From Bdellovibrionales bacterium (GTDB taxonomy: Bacteria > Bdellovibrionota > Bdellovibrionia > Bdellovibrionales > JAUICD01), in contig OZ241865.1 of the NCBI GenBank assembly GCA_965203275.1, forward strand, positions 2,464,001-2,528,000: 64,000 bases of DNA. Reading direction: 5' to 3'. Positions 22,275 to 31,609 of the stretch are shown one piece after another; position 1 is the stretch's first letter; every line of letters begins with the position of its first letter. A model generated the notes under the pieces. The model was given only the letters and a program-made list of their open reading frames with translations. It searched no databases and was not told the origin of the DNA. The translations under genes were made by a program, and so were the position numbers.

Positions 22275-22545
22275 TCCATTAATTTAGTGGGGCTGTGGGA
22301 TTGACGTACCTCTCTCACAGCCCTTTATTTTAACTTTTAAACTTTCATTACTTAGCATAGATAGGAGCTTCACTACTCTTCACTTTTTATTTTAAGTTGA
22401 CTAAAGATATCTAAACTTTCTATCACAATTATTAAAAAAATAACTTGACATTAGCTTTATATTATGGTATTCTATATTTAACGAGTCAACAATTTTATGC
22501 AACTCTACTAAGGCTTATAGTTTTAGCAAAGGTGATTTAAAAAGT

Positions 22546-23547
22546 ATGAAAATAAATGAAATAAAAAAATGGGATGAGATAAAAGACTTATCGGACGAGA
22601 AATATCTTTTGCTAGGAAATGGTTTTAGTCAATGCTTTTCAGAAAAATTCGAACAAAATCTTTTTGAAAAACTAGGAACACAATCATGGCTTAAAGACTT
22701 ACGTGTCCTTTTTAAAGAAGAAAAAGTTCCACCTGAAGATATTTTCAATTCTCTATATAACCTATCTCTATATGCTGGCATTCTAAAAGTTTTAAACAAA
22801 GAATGTTCTGAAGCAATAGATGAAAAAATAAAGGATTATGAACAAAAAATAAAAACCTATTTGATAAAAGAACTTAAAGAGATACATCCACAAAGGGACA
22901 GTTTTTTAAAACATGTTCCAGATGCTTTTTTCAATGAAGTTGAAAAATTTGACAGCATATTTACAACTAATTATGATCTCCTGCTTTATTGGATAATCTT
23001 AAAGATAAATAAATTAAGAGGAAAGAACGTCTTTAAAGATTACTTTTGGACTCTTGATGGTTGTTATGATCCAAATGATAATAGGCTCATAGGAAAAGGT
23101 ATACATTATCTACATGGAGCATTTCACTTGAATAAGCTATCCCACTACAGAACCTATAAACAGAAGTATTCGGCCATATTAAAAATTGAAGAAATTATTG
23201 AAAGGTCCAGGGGGTTGACGTGTATCACTTTAGGAAATTATAGGGAAAAAAAAGAAAAAATCACCGAAGATCTTTACCTACACTTCTGTTTAGAAAAACT
23301 GAAAGAGGTAAAGGGAAGTCTTGTCATATTCGGCCATTCTTTAAATCCTAAATATGATCAACATATAATAGATGCTATTAAAGATGCCTATAGAAAAACT
23401 AAAGGTTTGAAATTATATATCTCTATTTTTGAAAATAAAGATTTGGATTCAATAAAAAATAGCCTCTCAGGAGTACAAATAGTAGAATTTTTTGATGCAA
23501 AGACGCATCCATTTTATCAATTAACTAATCAAAAGAAGGGATATTGA
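22546..23547 (+). CDS. DUF4917 / SIR2-like domain protein
   Basis: LLLGNGFS, IFTTNYDLLLYW, YLHGAFHL and VIFGHSL..DQHII motifs typical of SIR2-like folds. Confidence 0.8.
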   Translation: MKINEIKKWDEIKDLSDEKYLLLGNGFSQCFSEKFEQNLFEKLGTQSWLKDLRVLFKEEKVPPEDIFNSLYNLSLYAGILKVLNKECSEAIDEKIKDYEQKIKTYLIKELKEIHPQRDSFLKHVPDAFFNEVEKFDSIFTTNYDLLLYWIILKINKLRGKNVFKDYFWTLDGCYDPNDNRLIGKGIHYLHGAFHLNKLSHYRTYKQKYSAILKIEEIIERSRGLTCITLGNYREKKEKITEDLYLHFCLEKLKEVKGSLVIFGHSLNPKYDQHIIDAIKDAYRKTKGLKLYISIFENKDLDSIKNSLSGVQIVEFFDAKTHPFYQLTNQKKGY

Positions 23548-24380
23548 AAATGATTAAAATAACTGATGATAGAGCAATAATGAATATTTTGCATTTAGGT
23601 CGTCTAATAAAGTTTTTATTCAGCTATAGAAGGGGGATTAACAGACTAATAAATTCTGGATATATAGGAGAATCGAATCATAATACAAAACCTAAAAATC
23701 AATGCGTATTTCAGTTACTTAATCATGCTTATCATCAACTGATTATAAACCTTTCTGAGCTTTTGAAAGAAATACCACAGATTGAAAAAGATATAGGTAT
23801 CGATCTTTATACAAGACTAATGAAAAAACGCAACCACCTTGCCCACCCCTATGAAATAAAACCTAATATTTTCCTGTCTGAAGGTGAAGTGGAATTAGTA
23901 ATAAAAGCTCTACAAAAAATAAACTTTGAAGATAACAGAGAATTGAAGGAAAAATTAGGGCAAAAAATAAATAATATATACATGGACGAACCTCAAGAAG
24001 GTGAAATAGAGAATCTAATAAAGTTTATGACAAGAATTGATCCTCGACTAGTAGATAACCATCCACAATCACAAAAGCCTTCAATCAATATAGATGAAAT
24101 GACAATCTCTCAATTTTTAGAGATATGTAAAAAAGAGAAAATAAAAGACTATGAGTATCTCGAAATCACATTTGATGCTTTAAACTCAAATTTTATAAAA
24201 AAGGATCATATAAAATTATATGACTTTGTAATAAATACAGTGGATTATTTTAAATATCTTTTCTTATGCATAGCTCAAATTGAAAAAACCAAAAAGTATG
24301 AGGAGATTGAAGAAAAATCTTTAAGGCCTTTAATAAATAATGCAGAGGATTTTTTTCATATCTTGAAAATACACAAATAA
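23544..24380 (+). CDS. HEPN (DUF86/HepT-like) putative RNase with C-terminal extension
   Basis: LIINLSELLKEIP followed by RNHLAHPY (R-x4-H); overlaps or abuts the upstream stop, suggesting translational coupling. Confidence 0.65.
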   Translation: MKMIKITDDRAIMNILHLGRLIKFLFSYRRGINRLINSGYIGESNHNTKPKNQCVFQLLNHAYHQLIINLSELLKEIPQIEKDIGIDLYTRLMKKRNHLAHPYEIKPNIFLSEGEVELVIKALQKINFEDNRELKEKLGQKINNIYMDEPQEGEIENLIKFMTRIDPRLVDNHPQSQKPSINIDEMTISQFLEICKKEKIKDYEYLEITFDALNSNFIKKDHIKLYDFVINTVDYFKYLFLCIAQIEKTKKYEEIEEKSLRPLINNAEDFFHILKIHK

Positions 24381-24828
24381 AAACTCTACAAGCCAGCCTT
24401 TTTAAGAGCAAATTTGAGTCAGGAACAAAAAAGTGAAATTAAGAAATTTGAATAATCTATCAAATATCTATAATCAAAATCAACAGGGGCGATTGACTAA
24501 TATATTCAATTTACGTGATATCCTAATTATAAAGAGAAATCCCATTGGCTTGAAACAGAGACTTTTAGAGGTTTATTTGCAAAAAATTTTTTATTGAAAA
24601 AAACAAATAGTTCTATATCTAAAAAAATTTACCTATCCTCCTTTAAAAGCCACAAATTTCAACTAAAAACCATATCAAAAACATCAGCAAGTGGAAAAAA
24701 TCAACAAAATAATGGATCAAACTTGACAAATTTCAATCCGTCACCATATTTCAATTATAAATGAAAAAAATGACTTTAAACCTCAGTTAGATGATCGAAT
24801 TCAATGATATAAAAATAAAAGTGAATAA

Positions 24829-26412
24829 ATGAAAGAAAACAAAAAACAAAAATTATCTATTACTCTATTAAAGACAGAAACAGAACATGATTTTTCTACA
24901 TGTATAAAAGATGATTTCCGCTTTGAGCATAAACCACTTCCAAAAGAGAAAAAATGTGACAAAAATTGGAAGTTATTTATCAAAAAAGACATACCTTTAG
25001 AACCCTCATGGTCTAAATATCTTGGAATAGATATCAAAACATCAAATTCCAGTGCTGTTTTATTCATTCCCTATAATTCAGAGTATTTATTTGCTATTTG
25101 TTTTGGATATGGTAGCACAGCATTAGATAAAAATAAAATTGTGAAGGATTTTGGCTTAAAAACAGCTTTAAATTCTTTGGATAAAGAAAAAATAAAAAGT
25201 TCAGATGTATTTATTCCTTCTGATCATTCAAAACAAAAGAGAACTCAAACAACTCAAGATTCAAGCCTCGCAGGGCATGATATGGATAAATTTTCCAATA
25301 TTCTTAGGCGAATCACAGGCAAAACAAAAGAGGAATATAAAAATTTATTTTCAAGCATCAGTGCATCAGATTCCATCACAATAGATTCTGATAAACCCTT
25401 AGGGGAGTTAGATCAATTATGTAATGAACTTTATAAAATATATCAAAAAGAAGATTGTAAAAAAGAATTTCCAGAGGTTTTTTATATTCAAATAGTAAAA
25501 AATACGACTCTCATTACCAAACTTAATGATCAACTCATTGACTCTTTGAAAAACCAAGCTGATAATGTTTACTTAGACATACCAGATCCTATTGATTTTC
25601 AAAATGTAACCTCTTATCAAATCAGTTTTAAAAATAGAAAAAAGCACCTCTTAACAGAACTGAATATTAATGAGTTTTATAACGCACTTCAAAAAAATTC
25701 TAAAAATTATAATGTTAATGATTTAAAAAAATGGGAAGTCATTTTACTAGATAATAACGAACAAAAAGTAAAAGATTTTTCCATTTATAATTGTTTGATT
25801 TTTGACTGCTCTGAATCAGGAAAAAAATATCATTTATCTAATGCTATTTGGCATAAAATAGATACAAAGTTTGGTGAAGAGATAGAAAAAATAAATGGAT
25901 ATAAAAACAATCAACTGGATAATAAACAATTTATAGACTATAAGCACAATAATGAAGGAGAATATAACAAAGAATTGGCAAAAAAGCTAGGGAAAAACGC
26001 TTTTTGCTTAGATAAAAAGTTAATGCAAGTGGGTGGTTATGATAAAATAGAACCTTGTGATGTTCTTTTACATAGTACCTCTGGTGCTTCTGACAAAAAC
26101 TATTTTATACACATCAAAAGAAGGCACCATGGTTCATCAGGGTTAAGTCATTTATTTAATCAAGGAGATGTATCTTTATCTTTATTACTTGGAGAAAACG
26201 AAAGGTTTATAAAAGGCATTGAAAAAGAAACAAATCTATATAAAGAGAAATTTAAAAAGAATCCTCACGTACATTATTTAATCATTGACCAAATGAATAA
26301 CAATGAAAGACTTCCATTTTTTTCACAAATTAGTTTATTTAAAACTATTCAAAATATAAAGGCAAAAGGGACTGATGTATCTTGGTCCTTTGTAAAGAAT
26401 CTCAATGAATAA
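24829..26412 (+). CDS. DUF6119 / TIGR04141-like sporadically distributed protein
   Basis: FAICFGYG, DFGLKTALN, IEPCD and IHIKR...SGLSHLFNQG motifs; C-terminus resembles a PD-(D/E)xK nuclease. Confidence 0.7.
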   Translation: MKENKKQKLSITLLKTETEHDFSTCIKDDFRFEHKPLPKEKKCDKNWKLFIKKDIPLEPSWSKYLGIDIKTSNSSAVLFIPYNSEYLFAICFGYGSTALDKNKIVKDFGLKTALNSLDKEKIKSSDVFIPSDHSKQKRTQTTQDSSLAGHDMDKFSNILRRITGKTKEEYKNLFSSISASDSITIDSDKPLGELDQLCNELYKIYQKEDCKKEFPEVFYIQIVKNTTLITKLNDQLIDSLKNQADNVYLDIPDPIDFQNVTSYQISFKNRKKHLLTELNINEFYNALQKNSKNYNVNDLKKWEVILLDNNEQKVKDFSIYNCLIFDCSESGKKYHLSNAIWHKIDTKFGEEIEKINGYKNNQLDNKQFIDYKHNNEGEYNKELAKKLGKNAFCLDKKLMQVGGYDKIEPCDVLLHSTSGASDKNYFIHIKRRHHGSSGLSHLFNQGDVSLSLLLGENERFIKGIEKETNLYKEKFKKNPHVHYLIIDQMNNNERLPFFSQISLFKTIQNIKAKGTDVSWSFVKNLNE

Positions 26413-26482
26413 TGATTTGTTATTGACAGACAACAATAAAAGATAATAGTTTACTTTTGTGAAGCTAACTAAATAGAAGGAC

Positions 26483-26671
26483 TTATGTTTTTTGAAGATC
26501 GAGTATTTCTTGTTTGGAAAGCCCTGTGGCCTTGCAAATAGTTTGAATATCTATGTTAGCTTTTAAAAGCTTAGATAGAATCTCTATTCGCTCTTCCTGC
26601 CGACCTTCTTGTCGACCCTTTTGCAAGCCTTCTTGTAATAATCTTTCTCTTGTGATTTGTAATGGTGGCAT
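26483..26671 (-). CDS. Second RpnS-like small protein (rpn remnant)
   Basis: MPPLQITRERLLQEGLQKGRQEGRQE...ATGLSKQEI; AAGGAGG before ATG 26671; same repeat-element junction as the 20625 copy. Confidence 0.75.
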   Translation of the reverse strand: MPPLQITRERLLQEGLQKGRQEGRQEERIEILSKLLKANIDIQTICKATGLSKQEILDLQKT

Positions 26672-26754
26672 TGTTCTTTCCTCCTTCATTATATGCTTTT
26701 CTTCTATCTTTTGCAATACTTTCCAGGTAAAACTAGGATCATAAATCCTGTCTC

Positions 26755-27452
26755 TTTCACTAAAAGTGGTCTAGCCTCTGGCTACTTTCTGTTTGCCAGC
26801 CGAAGGCTATTCGCCTTCTCAAATGCTGGCAACCTAGAAAGATTGACCACTTTTAGTAGGAAGGATCCTTTCCTCTTTTGACACGATGTTAAGGAAACAA
26901 AATGCCTTTAAAATTATATTAAAAGAGCAATGCCTCAAAAGTCCGTTTACTTTTAGTAGGAAGGATCCTCTCGTTTTTTAACATGATGTTAAGGGTTTGT
27001 TTCACTCAAAATGCATCATGCCTCTGGCATGTTTTCTGGCAGTTAGCCCGACGACTGTCGTCGTCGATCAAAGGCTTAGTTGTTTCACTAAAAGTAAACT
27101 AGCCTCTGGCTACTTTTGGGTTGCCAGCCGAAGGCTTCCGCCTTCTTAAATGCTGGCTACCTCAAAAGTCCGTTTACTTTTAGTAGGAAGGATCCTTTCC
27201 TCTTTTGACACGATGTTAAGGGTTTGTTTCACTCAAAATGCATCATGCCTCTGGCATGTTTTCTGGCAGTTAGCCCGACGACTGTCGTCGTCGATCAAAG
27301 GCTTAGTTGTTTCACTAAAAGTAAACTAGCCTCTGGCTACTTTCTGGTTGCCAGCCGAAGGCTATCGCCTTCTCAAATGCTGGCAACCTAGAAAGCTTGA
27401 CCACTTTTAGTAAGGAGGATCCCATCGTCTTCTTACACAATGTTAAGGAAAC
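26755..27452 (+). repeat. Cluster of structured palindromic repeat (3 full copies plus partials)
   Basis: Units with GCCAGCCGAAGGC-loop-GCCTTC inner hairpins and the GGATCC...ATGTTAAGG tail. Confidence 0.9.
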
Positions 27453-27518
27453 AAGATGTTTGTTTTTTGGGATTTTTTGCTAAAAGGTAGGAAAAAAGTA
27501 TTTGAAAATTGGAAATCA

Positions 27519-27931
27519 AGTGATTTCAGCTATTTAATACTGTGACTTTTGTATAAAAGTCACAGTATTAAATAGTTGTAATTGTTAGACTTTTTTAGGT
27601 CGCTTTTAGAAATTTCTAATTTTTCGTCTAACACAATTCTTATCGTTTATTATGACATAAAACTTTATATTTTTGTTAAAAAAAATCAAAAAAAGTGACA
27701 TTTTGTATCAAAAAGAATCACTTTTTTAAATTTTTGTATCATCTTGAAACACTTTACCAATCTTAAAGACATAAGATTATCAAAACAAACAATAAATTTT
27801 CATTCGCGTTTTATAACTTCTGCCTTGTTTTATTTTTCAAAACAATTTTCTTGCAAAAAATTGCCTGTTTTTTGCTCTTTCAAATTGTGACTTTTATACA
27901 AAAGTTACAGTGCTAAGTCATTGAAATCACT
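27519..27931. promoter_or_regulatory. AT-rich segment upstream of pilA bounded by ~47-bp imperfect inverted repeats, each containing a TGTGACTTTT..AAAAGTCACA palindrome
   Basis: 27519-27565 matches the reverse complement of 27885-27931. Confidence 0.5.
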
Positions 27932-27947
27932 AGGTCGTTTAGGTTTG

Positions 27948-28090
27948 TTTCACTAAAAGTGGCCTGACCTCTGGTCACTTTCTGGTTGCCAGCCGAAGGC
28001 TACCGCCTTCTTAAATGCTGGCAACCTAGAAAGCCTGACCACTTTTAGTAAGAAGGATCCCCTCGTTTCTTTACACGATGTTAAGGAAAC
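27948..28090 (+). repeat. Structured palindromic repeat upstream of pilA
   Basis: TTTCACTAAAAGTGG...ACCACTTTTAGT...GGATCC...ATGTTAAGGAAA. Confidence 0.9.
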
Positions 28091-28288
28091 AAGCTGTCCT
28101 TCTGATGATGCCGGGTTGCCGGTTTACCGGATCCCGGATGGACGTCATGTTAAGAAAAGAAGGGAAGGAAATGTTAGGTGAAGTTGGGCATCTACAGAGA
28201 TACAAACAAGCTTAACTAAAAAGTAAAGAGGACAAGTAAAAGGTGCTTGTCCATTGAATTGAATTATTTTTAAACGTGGAGGTTTAAA

Positions 28289-29035
28289 ATGAAAAACTCA
28301 ATATTTTTTAAGAATCAAAAAGGTTTTAGTTTAATTGAATTAATGGTCGTCGTGGCTATTATTGGAATTCTGGCCGCTGTGGCTATTCCAAACTATCAAC
28401 AGTTTCAACGTAGAGCTATCCAAACAGAAGCAAAGGCTAAGTTAGGTGCTTTATATGTAGCTGAAACTACATTTATAAATGAGTGGGGATCCGGTACTAC
28501 GAATCTTCAATTATTAGGTTATGATCAAAAAGGAGATGCTAGTTATTATATTGTAGGATGGCATGCTAGTGATAATGTAGAAGGTGGCACAATAAAGCCG
28601 AATAACTCAACAAGCAGTAGACCTGCGGGTTATAGAGGGCCACTTCCAACCTCAACTACTACAGTAAATACTCATACTTTTGAACCTGGCAGTCATAACA
28701 GTATGGCTTATTCTGCACCTACCAATACCCAAATAACTGGAGTATTGGAAAGAATAGGTAGCTGTGCGAGTGTGAGGACTTCTGGTTCTGCTAACTGTTG
28801 TCAGTCTACACCTTATCCAAACTGTGCTGCGAAAGCAACTCTACCAGCTGGTTGTACTGGTTGTAACAATGCTAAACCGGTTGAAAATACCGGTGTTAGA
28901 AACGTAAGTTTCACTATAGGTGCAAGTGGAGTGATTAATGGTTCTACTGAGATAGGTGGAACAACCGGAACAAATTTAGATCGATGGACAATAGATAACG
29001 ATAAGACTTTAGTAAATTCACAGACAGGACTTTAA
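28289..29035 (+). CDS. pilA: Type IV major pilin
   Basis: Class III signal QKG|FSLIELMVVVAIIGILAAVAIP; Cys-rich variable C-terminal region; GGAGG Shine-Dalgarno. Confidence 0.88.
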   Translation: MKNSIFFKNQKGFSLIELMVVVAIIGILAAVAIPNYQQFQRRAIQTEAKAKLGALYVAETTFINEWGSGTTNLQLLGYDQKGDASYYIVGWHASDNVEGGTIKPNNSTSSRPAGYRGPLPTSTTTVNTHTFEPGSHNSMAYSAPTNTQITGVLERIGSCASVRTSGSANCCQSTPYPNCAAKATLPAGCTGCNNAKPVENTGVRNVSFTIGASGVINGSTEIGGTTGTNLDRWTIDNDKTLVNSQTGL

Positions 29036-29070
29036 ACATAATCCTTTAATTTTAAAGTTTAAGCATTATG

Positions 29071-29109
29071 GAGCAGAGGGGCCGTTGCTAAGTCCCTCTG
29101 TTCTTTTTT
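29071..29109 (+). terminator. Rho-independent terminator after pilA
   Basis: GAGCAGAGGG...CCCTCTGTTC followed by TTTTTT. Confidence 0.7.
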
Positions 29110-29277
29110 AATAAGGATTGGAGAGAAAATCTTTTTCTGCTTTAGTTTTATCATTAATTTCTTTATTTTTTAATATGTGTAATAAAAAGGAAGTATCAAA
29201 AATACCTATAGATTCAATACAATCTGCATTAAAAATCCGAGTTATAGTTAAAGAATCAGCTTAAGCACATTTTTTCT

Positions 29278-29460
29278 CTATATTTTTTCTTTTTTGTCTT
29301 TATTAAGATTGGCCACTTGTTGTTTTATAAAATGAATCCATTGCTTCCAGTTGTGTTTTAAACTTTCTTCATCACCGCTGACTCTCCCTAATTCATATTT
29401 GAGCTTAGGTTCTTTGAGGTTGTCTGGTTTTGATTGATCAGTGTTACTTTCTTCTGTCAT
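29278..29460 (-). CDS. Small hypothetical protein
   Basis: 60 aa with a strong GAGGAGGG Shine-Dalgarno upstream. Confidence 0.45.
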   Translation of the reverse strand: MTEESNTDQSKPDNLKEPKLKYELGRVSGDEESLKHNWKQWIHFIKQQVANLNKDKKEKI

Positions 29461-29738
29461 TATTAACCCTCCTCTAAATAAAAAATGGACTACTTTTATC
29501 AGTATACATGGTTTTGATTGAAAAATAAAGTTTATAATATCATTATTTTTAACTCAAGCTGTCTCAAAAGGAACATAAATATAATGCATCACATTGTCAA
29601 ACATTGTTTAGAGTCATATTTTTCAATAAATCTATCAGAATTTAAAGTCTTAAGTCTATAAAGATTACATACTAGTCCATCCGATTAAAACTTTATGGAT
29701 GCATCTTTACTCAATCGAACCTTTAAAAGGAGATCACA

Positions 29739-31085
29739 ATGGGACAAATAATTGAACTTCCAAAAAAGAAAAAAAGAATTATCGAAGCAAATCAAATTGT
29801 TTGGGGTGACTGCTTAGACTGGCTTGATTTTGTTGAAAAAGGGACAGTAGATGTTTGTTATATTGATCCACCTTTCTTTTCAAATAAAAAGTATGAAATT
29901 ATATGGGGTAATGGTTATGAATTGAGAAGTTTTGGTGATCGTTGGAAGGGTGGAATTGAAGTATATATCAAGTGGATGCAAGAACGTGTTATAAAAATAC
30001 ATGAGGCTTTAAAACCGACTGGTTCAATTTTTCTCCATTGTGATTGGCGGGCCAGTCATAGATTAAGGTTTATGCTTGATGAGGTTTTTGGTAAAGAAAA
30101 CTTCGTTAATGAAATAATATGGTCATATAAAACGGGTGGCGTTTCAAAAAATTGGTTTGGTAGAAAACACGATAATATTTATTTTTATTCAAAAAATGGA
30201 ACCCCCACTTTTAATTTACAAAAAGAAAAGAGCTATTTGCCTCATAAATACGGTTTTAAAAATATCAAGATTAAAAAAGATAACATAGGTTATTATCGCG
30301 ATGTTTATATGAGAGATGTTTTTGATATACCTGCATTGCGAGGAAATCAACCAGAAACAATAGAATACAACACTCAAAAACCAGAAAAGCTACTTGAGAG
30401 AATAATCAAAGCATCTACAAATGAAGGTGATCTTGTTTTAGACTGCTTTGGCGGTGGTGGTACAACAGCAGCTGTGGCAAGCAAATTAAACAGAGAATTT
30501 ATTATTGGTGATGTTAGTCCAGTAGCCTGTCGGGTGATAGCTTATCGTTTAAATCAACGAGTTGATCCTAAGCCGGATTATGATTTTTTCAATATCCCCA
30601 AAAGCAAAAAAGAATGGCTTGCTATTGATGGTCATACATTTGCTGAGCGTATTTGTGAATTTATGGGGTGGAAATGCAATCCTAAAAAATCAAACGATCA
30701 AGGTATTAAAGGATGGGCAGAAAACAAAAAAGGTCAAAAAATCCCTATTCAAATCAAGAATCAAGAGAAAGCAATATCCAGGGCAGATATTCAGAAATTT
30801 GTTGGAGCTATGAGCCATTCTAAAGAGGGTTTGTTTGTTTCATGGGATTTTTCAAAACCTGCTGAAGAATATCTAATCAAAGAAGCTGAAAAACAATACA
30901 AGAAAGAAATTCGGTTTATCAAAGTAGGTGATGAGATACTTCAAGATATTTTAGTCGAAGATACAAAAATTAATGAATGGGAAAACTCATGCCAAAAAAT
31001 CATCTCAAAACAATGGCAAAAAGAAGAACAAACACAGATTAAAAGAATCAAAAAGAAACATAGTAAAGATAAAAGTCAAAAATAA
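29739..31085 (+). CDS. N6/N4 DNA methyltransferase fused to an Mrr-like restriction endonuclease domain
   Basis: YIDPPF, TQKPEKLLERII and DCFGGGGTT (beta order); C-terminal DQGIKG...IQIK...IQKFVGAM is Mrr-like. Confidence 0.85.
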   Translation: MGQIIELPKKKKRIIEANQIVWGDCLDWLDFVEKGTVDVCYIDPPFFSNKKYEIIWGNGYELRSFGDRWKGGIEVYIKWMQERVIKIHEALKPTGSIFLHCDWRASHRLRFMLDEVFGKENFVNEIIWSYKTGGVSKNWFGRKHDNIYFYSKNGTPTFNLQKEKSYLPHKYGFKNIKIKKDNIGYYRDVYMRDVFDIPALRGNQPETIEYNTQKPEKLLERIIKASTNEGDLVLDCFGGGGTTAAVASKLNREFIIGDVSPVACRVIAYRLNQRVDPKPDYDFFNIPKSKKEWLAIDGHTFAERICEFMGWKCNPKKSNDQGIKGWAENKKGQKIPIQIKNQEKAISRADIQKFVGAMSHSKEGLFVSWDFSKPAEEYLIKEAEKQYKKEIRFIKVGDEILQDILVEDTKINEWENSCQKIISKQWQKEEQTQIKRIKKKHSKDKSQK

Positions 31086-31089
31086 AAGC

Positions 31090-31320
31090 TTAGGAAGAAA
31101 TGAGTTTTAAATGATTTCTTTGATTTCTTTTAGTAGAAAATGTTCGAAGGTGATTGACTTGATGCTCAAGGAAATCAAGACGTTGCAAGAGCCTTCTTCT
31201 CTCTTGGCTTTCAATTGAGTTATCAGAAGAAAGTATATCCAGTCTTTGCTCAATATAATCAATTTCTTCAGATATTTCTTTCATTTCTTGTTCTGTGATC
31301 ATTATAAACCTCCGTGTCAT
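31090..31320 (-). CDS. Small coiled-coil hypothetical protein
   Basis: GGAGG Shine-Dalgarno before the internal Met (MITEQE); heptad pattern. Confidence 0.5.
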   Translation of the reverse strand: MTRRFIMITEQEMKEISEEIDYIEQRLDILSSDNSIESQERRRLLQRLDFLEHQVNHLRTFSTKRNQRNHLKLISS

Positions 31321-31609
31321 TATGACACTTAACCTAATCCCCCTGTATTTGTCAACACTTTTTATTTCAAAATATTAACAAATATTAACTTTGTATTGCT
31401 CCTTAAAACTTAATCCATTCTTTAGAATTTGACATTGAGCTTTTAAGGCATAGTTCCAAAAAGTTTAAAATTATTAGGCCACTATTGACTGATCAAGCCT
31501 AGTTCTCAAAGATTTTTTACATATTATTGACTGTCAAGATACAGGAGTTATTTGCATATCTTGACTAAAGTAAGATTGAGTCTTTCACTTAAAATGCCGA
31601 TAACCTTAT

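Noticed and set aside
20625..31320. Prophage
   Set aside because: No integrase, terminase, capsid, tail or replication genes were recognised.
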